A stretch of DNA of 64,000 nt, taken from positions 1,536,001 through 1,600,000 of the forward strand of contig OZ245011.1 in assembly GCA_965223665.1 (NCBI GenBank). The letters run 5' to 3'. This DNA is from Nitrospinaceae bacterium. GTDB taxonomy: Bacteria; Nitrospinota; Nitrospinia; Nitrospinales; Nitrospinaceae. Both the position numbers and the translations under genes were made by a program. Positions 1 to 9,000 of the stretch are shown piece by piece. Every line of letters starts with the position of its first letter. Position 1 is the stretch's first letter. Under the pieces are notes generated by a model. The model ran no database searches. It had not been told where the DNA came from and worked only from the letters and a program-made list of their open reading frames with translations.

Positions 1-7
1 ACCCCGA

Positions 8-637
8 ATGCAGAGAACCCTACTGGAACTGGGCTTTCTGCCGGCTGCCTATATTCCAGCAATGGTATTTTGCGATGTGGAGAGGATCGATGTCGTTCGT
101 ATGGTTTTAATTCGTGGGGTACTCGACACGGATCAAGTCAACGTTATACCTGAGATCCAGCCCATCGCCGAAAGTGTGCTTCAAGCTTTTACCTTGCAAT
201 CGGTGGACCCTGTAATTTCCGAAGCGGCAGAAACAATTTCTCTGTTTCAAGGATTGGGCCCGGAGCAGACACAACTTTTGGCCGGGTTATGTCGGTCGAA
301 GCGATATAAAGAAGGTGACCCACTTTTTGTTCAGGGCAGAAAAGCCGAAGAGATGTTCCTGGTCCTGGAAGGACGTATTTCGATTAATGCGGATGTTCCG
401 CCTCGGCAAATTGGTTTTATTCAGCCGGGGGAATCTGTCGGAGAACGTGCACTTTTGACCGGTGAGCAACATGCCGCCACAGCAACCGCGGAGTCCAATG
501 CCCTTGTGGCCGTGCTAACCCGTAATGATTTGACCAACCTGATTCGTCAACGACCTGATATTGGTCTCGTGTTATACCGGAATCTTGCAATTGGTTTAGG
601 AAAAAAACTACTTCGCACGGATGCCCTGACAAGCTGA
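8..637 (+). CDS. cyclic nucleotide-binding (cNMP/Crp-like) domain protein, probably 5'-truncated by the window edge
   Basis: C-terminal cNMP-binding signature (LF.QG...MFLVLEGRI...GESVGERALL...HAATATA); the frame is open back to the window start. Confidence 0.8.
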   Translation: MQRTLLELGFLPAAYIPAMVFCDVERIDVVRMVLIRGVLDTDQVNVIPEIQPIAESVLQAFTLQSVDPVISEAAETISLFQGLGPEQTQLLAGLCRSKRYKEGDPLFVQGRKAEEMFLVLEGRISINADVPPRQIGFIQPGESVGERALLTGEQHAATATAESNALVAVLTRNDLTNLIRQRPDIGLVLYRNLAIGLGKKLLRTDALTS

Positions 638-771
638 ATTGAGAACGGCAAAATACCCGCGATTCGACCCAAAGCGGATATTTATTAAATTTCAAAAAAT
701 AACCGATAGATACTATGAAGTTCATCCCAATCAGAAAGAAACCTTTGCATAACCAAAGATTCTGGTGAAAC

Positions 772-2442
772 ATGATTGAAGCCCATTACCTCGTAGACAT
801 TCTGATACTGCTGGCGGCAGCCATTACCTGTGTTCCCCTTTTTCAACGGATGGGATTTGGATCGGTGCTTGGCTATCTGGTTGCTGGTATCGTTATCGGT
901 CCCTGGGGATTTGGGTTCATTGACCAAATTGAAGAAATTCAGGGGATCGCCGAATTTGGCGTCATTTTTCTGCTGTTCATTATTGGCATAGAACTCAAGC
1001 CGAAACGTCTGTGGGCCATGCGGCGAATGGTGTTCGGTCTTGGTACCGCACAAGTGATAGTCACCGGAGGGGCGATCATGGGTTTGGCTTTGCTTTTCGG
1101 ACAGTCGCACCGGACTTCCATGATCATCGGTTTTGGTTTGGCGCTCTCATCCACAGCATTTGGTCTTCAGATACTGACCGACCGCGGTGAACTGGGAAAA
1201 AGCCACGGTCACACGGCCCTCTCCATACTTCTGCTGCAGGACTTGGCGGTTGTGCCCTTATTGGCACTGGTATCTCTACTTTCTGAAGAGACCACGTTAC
1301 TTCAGGGGATAGAATTTGCGATTTTGGAGGCCGTACTTGTTATCCTGATCGTCATCCTTGTTGGCAGATTTTTACTTTCTCCCGCCCTGCGAGTGGTGGC
1401 CACCAGCCGGACAGCGGAATTATTTACGGCAGCTGCCTTGTTCACGGTGCTGGGTACCGCATGGCTTATGGAGGAAGTGGGCCTGTCCCTGGCGTTGGGG
1501 GCCTTTCTTGCAGGACTGATGGTGGCGGACTCTCAGTACCGGCACCAGGTCATTGCCGATATTCAGCCGTTTCGCGGCATCTTGTTGGGTTTGTTTTTCA
1601 TGGGTGTTGGAATGTCCCTCGATTTCAGCCTGATGGTAGGGAACATCCTTGAAATTGCCGGAATAGTATTGGGATTGCTATTGATCAAGTCAGTAATTCT
1701 ATGGGGTTTGTGTCGGTCAATGGGAGTAAATAAGTCCGATGCCACGCGAGTCTCTCTTTTACTTTCGCAGAGTGGAGAGTTCGGTTTTGTAATTTTCGGG
1801 CTGGCCGCGTTTGGCGGGGTATTGAACCACGATCTTTTTCAATTCCTTTCACTGGTGATAGTGCTGACCATGATCACCACACCCGGGATGGTGAACCTGG
1901 GTGAATATATCAGCAGGGGGTCCACACTAGCGGGGGATGGACACGATGTCAGTACCACACATATTAACGAAGGGCAGCCGCATGTCATTATTGCCGGCTT
2001 CGGTCGTGTGGGCCAACGGGTCGCGAGAATCCTGCAGGCGGCGAATGTACCTTATCTGGCCATCGAAAGTAATGCCGATCGCGTGCTGGAAGGAAGACGG
2101 GAAGGGTTCTCGGTTTTTTACGGGGATGCCAGTCAGGTCAATGTGCTAAAGGCGACCGATGCCGAACGGGCCGGTGCGCTGGTCTGTACCATTGACCAAA
2201 CCGTTCCTGCCATACGGCTGGTCCATATTCTGCGTCACCTTTATCCGGACCTGGCCATTCATGTACGTGGACGTGACCGGCAACACTGCGACCAGTTGTT
2301 GAAGGCAGGGGCAACCGTTGCCGTTTCGGAAACTTTGGAGGCCAGCCTTCAGATCGGCCGCGCGGTTCTTAACTCCGTGGGAACTTTTGATGAAGACACA
2401 ACCGCACTGATCGAATCGTTCCGCACGGAATATTATGGATAG
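772..2442 (+). CDS. kefC: CPA2 family K+/H+ antiporter (KefB/KefC-like) with C-terminal TrkA-N/KTN domain
   Basis: GSVLGYLVAG, ALSSTA, LLLQDLAVVP, LSQSGEFGF motifs; many TM helices; VIIAGFGRVG and YGDAS KTN domain. Confidence 0.88.
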   Translation: MIEAHYLVDILILLAAAITCVPLFQRMGFGSVLGYLVAGIVIGPWGFGFIDQIEEIQGIAEFGVIFLLFIIGIELKPKRLWAMRRMVFGLGTAQVIVTGGAIMGLALLFGQSHRTSMIIGFGLALSSTAFGLQILTDRGELGKSHGHTALSILLLQDLAVVPLLALVSLLSEETTLLQGIEFAILEAVLVILIVILVGRFLLSPALRVVATSRTAELFTAAALFTVLGTAWLMEEVGLSLALGAFLAGLMVADSQYRHQVIADIQPFRGILLGLFFMGVGMSLDFSLMVGNILEIAGIVLGLLLIKSVILWGLCRSMGVNKSDATRVSLLLSQSGEFGFVIFGLAAFGGVLNHDLFQFLSLVIVLTMITTPGMVNLGEYISRGSTLAGDGHDVSTTHINEGQPHVIIAGFGRVGQRVARILQAANVPYLAIESNADRVLEGRREGFSVFYGDASQVNVLKATDAERAGALVCTIDQTVPAIRLVHILRHLYPDLAIHVRGRDRQHCDQLLKAGATVAVSETLEASLQIGRAVLNSVGTFDEDTTALIESFRTEYYG

Positions 2443-2531
2443 GTAAGCAAACGCGCGGGTTTTGGGGATCCGTGTCTGCTTACGACCCCAAGCGAACAAT
2501 CAACAAAAAATAGCTTCACAAAAACTGACGA

Positions 2532-3038
2532 GTGATCATGGTTTTCATCGAAAATAATAAAATTTGGAGTGAAAGCATGACAAATCGCAGATTGGAATAT
2601 TGGTTTTTACAGATTCCCGGATGGCTGCTACTTGTCTACCTCATATACGCACAGGCGATCCCAGCTTTTGATTATCAACTTGGGGTTCGGATGGGCACAC
2701 AGGAACCCGCTCATCTGATTACTGAAGTAGGGGCGGCTTTCTGGTTCGGCTTCGCATTCTCCGATCTCGTTGTCTACATTCCCCTACTGGCGGCAGGGTT
2801 GTTCGGTTATTGGCGAAATTATTTGTGGGGTCGAGTCATTCTTGGAGCCGCCCTTGGCATTACAATCTACTGGCCTGTCGTCGCCCTTGCCACCGTCGTC
2901 GACGCTAGAGATGCGTCAGGGTGGGATCTAGATGAGACTCAATACTGGGTCGTCCTGCCAATAATCGTCCTGTGGGCACTCTGGGGGTTGTGGCAATTGG
3001 CCCGTTCTGCGAGAAACAGCTCCGATGTCAACAACTAG
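2532..3038 (+). CDS. hypothetical integral membrane protein (about 4 TM); ATG at 2577 is a likely start
   Basis: Hydrophobic ORF with several TM-like segments, bounded by hairpin repeats. Confidence 0.65.
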   Translation: MIMVFIENNKIWSESMTNRRLEYWFLQIPGWLLLVYLIYAQAIPAFDYQLGVRMGTQEPAHLITEVGAAFWFGFAFSDLVVYIPLLAAGLFGYWRNYLWGRVILGAALGITIYWPVVALATVVDARDASGWDLDETQYWVVLPIIVLWALWGLWQLARSARNSSDVNN

Positions 3039-3075
3039 CTAAGATGTCCGCTTTACCCGATCACATTCTTGGTCA

Positions 3076-3205
3076 TTAATGCCCCATAAATTCATAGGGT
3101 GAATCCATTACCCTTTCCGTTGCAGTTACTTTTCCCGTCCGGGCCTCTATCTTTAATGGAAATTTTTTTCCCGGATTTTTTACAGAAACAAAAACTCCCA
3201 CTTTT
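3076..3205 (-). repeat. orphan copy of the last ~43 codons of the 4965..5420 gene (direct repeat of 4965..5094)
   Basis: About 130 bp aligned by eye, 3 substitutions, offset 1889 bp. Confidence 0.92.
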
Positions 3206-3314
3206 CAGTTGGTTTCATAAACGAACCATACTTAAACATCAATTTATGTTTAAGTTATTGAATCATGACCTTATACTGAGGAGACAGAACTTATTATTTG
3301 ACATCAGGGATTCT

Positions 3315-4190
3315 ATGAAAATCGAAAATAATGCTTTGGCTTATTTATTCAAATTCACACTTTGCCTACCATTGTTGATAGGGCTTTATTCAATAGCAAT
3401 TGCTGCAGAGGACCCAACCAGCGAGGAATTGAGATCCTTATACAATTTTCATCCTCACACGCTAAATGAGAAGGAAATAGATGAAAAATCTTCCATACTC
3501 GATGTCTTCTGGAATAAGGCAAAGAACAATGATAAAAAATATATCGAGTTATTAAGAGCGGAGCTCAAAAAAACAGACCATGTGCCCTTCTTTTACTTTG
3601 ACGCAGGAAGATTGTTGTTAGTTTTATCTGGAACTCCATCTGACAAGAAACTTTTTCTCCAGGGAATGCGCCATGTAAATTTAAGAGATCTTCAAACTAC
3701 AGATTATTTAAGGATAATACACAAATTGGCAGTAGAAGGTTTCGATACCTCCGATGCGGCCCTCAAAATACTGCAATATCCCAAGTTTAAAGCCTTCATA
3801 CCTCAGCACTTTTTAAAACTTGAGCAAGATTTTTCGTTAATTTATATGCTGTTCCCTTTAGAAGACAAACTATTTATAGAAAAGGTTATCTCGGCCTTGT
3901 TTCAGGAAAAAAACGAAGTATCCCAAAAATCATTGATGCTGGTTTTGTGGTACACAACAACAGAGATAGGATGGGCAGCTCTTCGAAAAGTAGCAAGGGA
4001 TAAAAGATTCTCGATTGAAAACAAAAAGTACGCGGAGGAACTTCTTTCAAGGATACAACATGCCAGTTTATTCAGTTTAAGCTCTTACGATTCCCTAAAG
4101 AAGAAAAGAAGGCATTCTCTAAGAAGAATTAGTGATGAGGCGTTGTATGAGTTCGACGATTACACACGTGACCTTCTTTCAAAGAAATAA
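3315..4190 (+). CDS. hypothetical exported alpha-helical protein
   Basis: ATG at 3315 gives a signal-peptide-like N-terminus (..LLIGLYSIAIA-AE); the longer ORF extension to 3099 runs through the duplicated repeat. Confidence 0.7.
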   Translation: MKIENNALAYLFKFTLCLPLLIGLYSIAIAAEDPTSEELRSLYNFHPHTLNEKEIDEKSSILDVFWNKAKNNDKKYIELLRAELKKTDHVPFFYFDAGRLLLVLSGTPSDKKLFLQGMRHVNLRDLQTTDYLRIIHKLAVEGFDTSDAALKILQYPKFKAFIPQHFLKLEQDFSLIYMLFPLEDKLFIEKVISALFQEKNEVSQKSLMLVLWYTTTEIGWAALRKVARDKRFSIENKKYAEELLSRIQHASLFSLSSYDSLKKKRRHSLRRISDEALYEFDDYTRDLLSKK

Positions 4191-4242
4191 CAGTCACTGA
4201 CAATAAAACACATTATTTAATAAACTCGAATCCCTCGAAACC

Positions 4243-4926
4243 ATGAACATTCGCGCTTCCAAAAAACGCATTGCCCTTGCGTGGTATTTAGACTTTTTAC
4301 TTTTCATGGTTTTCTGGAGTCTACTCAATCATTTTCTATTTGCAGACAAAGACCTTCCTTTTTGGATGGCCTTAGTCACTTTCATTGTCATTGAATGGGT
4401 ATGCATTAAAATTTTTGGTTCCATCGGAATGCAATTTCTCAGCATTGATGAAAACCAACGGGTTGATGCCAATATCCAAAATAGAGAAAACTGGTTAACT
4501 ATATTTCTAGGAGTAATTTTAGTTCTTGATGGCACAAAAAGCCTTGTGCGTTGGATGGACTTCCCGGTCAATTGGCCATTTTTCGGAGCGCTTCCTGATC
4601 CAAAAACACAAATTGTAATAAATATTCTGGCTGGGTGCTGGTTTATCGCCACAGGTTATTTTTTCTTGAAACTGAGGCCGGAAAGCATTTGGCTGGGGTT
4701 TATTACTGTCATTTGCGTATTGGTTTCCTCAGTTCTTAGTTGGTCGTTATGGGATGAAACAGCGGCCAAAATGGTTGTTGCCCGAAGAGAGCTTCAAGGC
4801 TTACCGGTCAGAGAGGGTGAAATAGAGTTCTTTCAAGGTTTAATGCCGGAAGGTATAATTGTGGCCACAGTTATTTTTGGCCTGGGAATATTATTTTCAC
4901 GCAAAAGATTTAAAAAACTTCCCTAG
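4243..4926 (+). CDS. hypothetical membrane protein (RDD-like N-terminus)
   Basis: ASKKRIALAWYLD start resembles RDD family; about 6 TM segments. Confidence 0.65.
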   Translation: MNIRASKKRIALAWYLDFLLFMVFWSLLNHFLFADKDLPFWMALVTFIVIEWVCIKIFGSIGMQFLSIDENQRVDANIQNRENWLTIFLGVILVLDGTKSLVRWMDFPVNWPFFGALPDPKTQIVINILAGCWFIATGYFFLKLRPESIWLGFITVICVLVSSVLSWSLWDETAAKMVVARRELQGLPVREGEIEFFQGLMPEGIIVATVIFGLGILFSRKRFKKLP

Positions 4927-4964
4927 CCCAATATTCGCTTTACGACCGATTTCATTCCATGTCC

Positions 4965-5420
4965 TTAATGCCCCATAAATTCATAGGGTGAATCCATTAC
5001 CCTTTCCGTTGCAGTTACTTTTCCCGCCCGGGCCTCTATCTTTAATGGAAATTTTTTTCCCGGATTTTTTACAGAAACTAAAGCTCCCACTTTTTCATTT
5101 TCTTTTAAATAGGGAATCGTAACATCGACGGGAGCGCTGCCTGGATCATTGATCCTCATCAATTCATAGTTTATGTATTTAACGGAATACAACTCTCCCG
5201 CATTGATAAATATTTTCAGGGAAATGTTTTCCAAATCCCGGTTTCCGTTATTCGTTATCCAGCAATTGAAAAAGTCTACGGGTTCGCCTTCCCGCAAAAC
5301 GGAGTTTGTATGGTGCATCACATACTGCAGGGAAAGACGCTCTTTAAACAGGCCCCAAATAATGATAAGTCCAGCGATCCCAAGCGCCACATATAAGAAA
5401 TTTAATATATAATCGGGCAT
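4965..5420 (-). CDS. hypothetical protein with N-terminal TM anchor and beta-rich domain
   Basis: 151-aa ORF, ITNNGNRDLENI Ig-like strand pattern. Confidence 0.7.
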   Translation of the reverse strand: MPDYILNFLYVALGIAGLIIIWGLFKERLSLQYVMHHTNSVLREGEPVDFFNCWITNNGNRDLENISLKIFINAGELYSVKYINYELMRINDPGSAPVDVTIPYLKENEKVGALVSVKNPGKKFPLKIEARAGKVTATERVMDSPYEFMGH

Positions 5421-5541
5421 AAACGGCTAACCTAAGTGGATTGACTCCGGTTAGTTATACCATAAATGCCTGTCCAATTTTGGCCAAAAACGACTTTTTT
5501 CCTGGGTAAGGCACCTTGTGTGGCGGAAGGCTCAATGCATC

Positions 5542-5937
5542 CTATTCGCTCTCAACTTCCTTATATTCCACCGATTTCGATACAATACAATGTCGCTTGG
5601 CGCCTTCCGCCCAATCTTCATCTTCGATAATTTCAATGACGACATCCTTTGGGTCAATACTGTTGCAACATTTACGCACCCTATCAAAGGCTTCTTTTCC
5701 TCCTAAATGTATTGTGGCCGAATCCATATACACCGGCAATTCCAAATAGACCACATCCTGAAACACCAGCTCAAAGTCTGACCAGGAACTCGCATCGCGT
5801 CCCGCTCTCAGAATCAGCTTATCCCCCATGAAGTGCCACATGACCAGATCCGTAGGCATCCGCGACCGGACTTGATCCATAAATGTCTCAAGACTTTGGT
5901 TACTACTTTTTTCTGGTGGGTTGTTTTCCATAGTCAC
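5542..5937 (-). CDS. hypothetical acidic protein
   Basis: 131-aa ORF with protein-like composition, no recognised motif. Confidence 0.6.
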   Translation of the reverse strand: MTMENNPPEKSSNQSLETFMDQVRSRMPTDLVMWHFMGDKLILRAGRDASSWSDFELVFQDVVYLELPVYMDSATIHLGGKEAFDRVRKCCNSIDPKDVVIEIIEDEDWAEGAKRHCIVSKSVEYKEVESE

Positions 5938-6056
5938 CCAAACGGTTAGAAAAACTCAAAAAAGTGTGGGAAAAAATTGAGGAACATTATATCAACTTCA
6001 TCCTGGATAAGTTAAGATTAATTAAGTGATTTTGACGAGGAGTTAGAGGGGGTAAA

Positions 6057-9000
6057 ATGAAATTTTATATTCCACTGGAGAAATCCAATAAACTGAAAAC
6101 AGGGTTACGTCTGATACTGCTTGTTGTCATTCTACTTTGTGGGCATCTAACTCTTTCCGTTGCAGGACCTCCTTCCAACAATCCGGAAGTCGCCCCTCAA
6201 AACATCATCTGCGACCAGGCTCCCTGGAACAGAAAGGACGACCTGGACCAACGTGCCGAGGGAATTCGAAAGGCAAGCGAGTGGGCCTCGCCGACGTCCA
6301 ACCCTGACTACCCGATAAGCAAGCTCTCCGGCGTATGGAAATTCCAACTGGAAGACCTTGCCTCTGGCGGCGGAACTGCCAATGAGGGGCGCTTGGTTTT
6401 CTATCAAGACAAGCCAGGCCAAACCAATGCAAAATGGCTCGTCAGTGGAAAACGATGGGGACACCAAACCATCACGAAGGAAAAACCGCATGACATCCCT
6501 CCGGGCTTTATCAATGTAACGGCCAGCGGGAACTTCAAGATACCACAACCCCAGCACTATCCATTTCCGGAAATCTCAGCGCGCTTCGACCCCGCCAACC
6601 CGGACAATTTCACCGGTACCTGGTCACTTATCTGGAGAGGCAAAACGTTTAAGACCGGTAAAGCGACTTTCACGCGCATTGTACCGAAAATCACCAAAGT
6701 AAAATATATATCGACTCTAAAGCATGAGGTCGGGGCCGATGAAATCGGGTGCGCCGCACCCAAATACAGGGGATGGGGGAAAGGCAACAATATGCCGGGA
6801 AACCGGCCCACCTTTAATGTAGAAATTTACGGTGAAAATTTTTTCTGGCATGCAGAGAAACACTACAAGATTTTTATTGACCCGGAAACCGGCCTGCAAG
6901 TCACCTCCGGTTATCCAAAAGTCATTTTTGCTCGCAATCCCAATGGCAAACCGGATCTCTCAAAAGTCGTTGGCCTGCTCGTGAATTTCACGATCTGGTC
7001 CCAATCCAAATGGGGACCAAAAAGATTTTTCGTAGAAGGCCAGCCCATCACTTTTGACTTTTATGTTAAGCCTCAATATTACTATCAGGTGAATCCCGTC
7101 GATCTGCAACTCATCGAAGGACATTTTCCGGAAAAGCCTTTCGTCAACCAGCCCACCAACGTAGGGTTTCGGCTGGTCTATCTACCCGGTCATAAGGCAA
7201 AACACACCGAACTCGACCTGGAGTTTCTGGATGCCAAAGATTTCAGCCCCGCTCAAGAAATCAAAATTAGAGATAAAGCATGTAAGCTTACAGGCAACGA
7301 AACAGTGCGCTGCTCTTTTGATGAGACCGCGATTGCTGGTTTAGAGGAAATCGAGTTCGAAATTCCCATGCCGGCAGGCGGCCTTCGATGGACGGCCCAA
7401 TGGAAAACCAAAGGGGATGACCCGGATGGACACCTGCGCGTTGGCGTTATTCAACCGGAGCCTTCGCCCCGGATACTGCACACTTTTTCGCTGAGCAACC
7501 AAACCGGCGCCTTTCGACCCCAGACTCGAGATTATCTCTTTCCCTACACAGGCACCGGAGGCGTCCAACAAAAACGTGAAATCATAATATTCGGTAACAA
7601 CCTTCCGCAGAAATTTGGCGACGAAGCGCGGATTCAATCTCTCGATCCGTCCATTTCCTACTTACCTCGCTACGGTACGGCGTACCAAAACCGGTATGAC
7701 GCTGCCTGGGAGGATTTGTCCAAACGGTTCAAAACTCCTGTCCCAAAACTAAAGACCGGACATCAGCTTCTGCTACTGGAAGCGAAAGTTAAGGGGAAGA
7801 TCTTACCGGGTGAGAAATCGCTTAAACTGAATGACGCCACTGCAAGTTGGGACCTTCGGTTTGGCGGACTCAAAGCCAACTTGGAATTTATTCGGGAAGT
7901 CGGGGACCAACCCGCTGAAGTTCTGGATAGCGCCTACGTTCCCGAGCGGGTTCGCATCCGTGTCACCACCTCTTCGCCACTTCCTCTCGATCATATTCCG
8001 CTGATTCTCCATTTGCAGCGCACCAATCGAAATCCGGAGCCATTGAGAATAGCTCGTGGCGAACCTTCTGCGACGACGTTAAATAAAATTTCACTCACAG
8101 CAACTACCACCGCCGGCAACCCCACGGTTTATCTTTCCGAACCGATTCGTATGATTGACAAGGGCAACCCACGTCTCAGCCCTCCACCGCGTCCCGGCGA
8201 CATCCCGGTTGAAATTTTCAACAACAGTCGTGGGCCTGATCAGCTGGCCGTGGAGATCAAACCGAGTTTCGCTAAAAAATCATTTTTGATGCCGATCCTT
8301 CCGGCAAGCGCCGCCCTTCCCATTTCAAGCACTCCCGCGCGGCATCGTTCCGCAAGAGATCCGATTCAAACCTCCGATTACCTCTTTAAAAGCGCGCTCC
8401 AAAGAGCCGCCCAGTGTCGGAAAGATATCAAAGTAGAGAGTTGGGATGCACTTTCCCTGGAGCAGGCCGAAGCCTTTTATAATCTTGTTATCTTCACCCA
8501 TGGCGATCACCTGCGAAGGACGAAAGTCCGGTTTGCCCATCATGCCGCTATGCTCTTGATGCGCGACAGGTTTATCGAACTGTTGAACGACCAAATGTTA
8601 AAAAATAACCAAGTCCTGGGAAGTCAACTCGCCCTTAAAGGATTTATGAAGATCATGCGCCTGGAGATGGATAACGACTCCATTCCCATTAATCGTATAA
8701 AAGTTTCGGCACCTGATGGGTCTATAGTTTCTTATGGAGGGATGCCGCTCTATGAGAACCTGGATTTTCTTGCAAAAAAATTCAACAAGACTCCTCAGGA
8801 GATTGCCAAATGGCGGCTGGCTGCTACTGCGGAGGCGATTGCGCGAATTGGCGGGGCCGCCAGCGAAGCCGCGGCAAAGGCCCGCCAGGTGGACCCCTGC
8901 GATATTGAAGGGTTGCTGAAACTTACGGGGAGAGGATTTGAAGCGGTCCAGTCTCAATTAAAACCGCGCCTGATGCGACTGGTGGAAACGCGAGATCCCG

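Noticed and set aside
738-753. Isolated ACCTTTGCATAA MITE-like end upstream of kefC
   Set aside because: No partner end or internal MITE sequence nearby; at most a scar.
3099-3314. N-terminal extension of the 3099..4190 ORF
   Set aside because: It runs through the antisense of the duplicated gene end; ATG 3315 gives a proper signal peptide.
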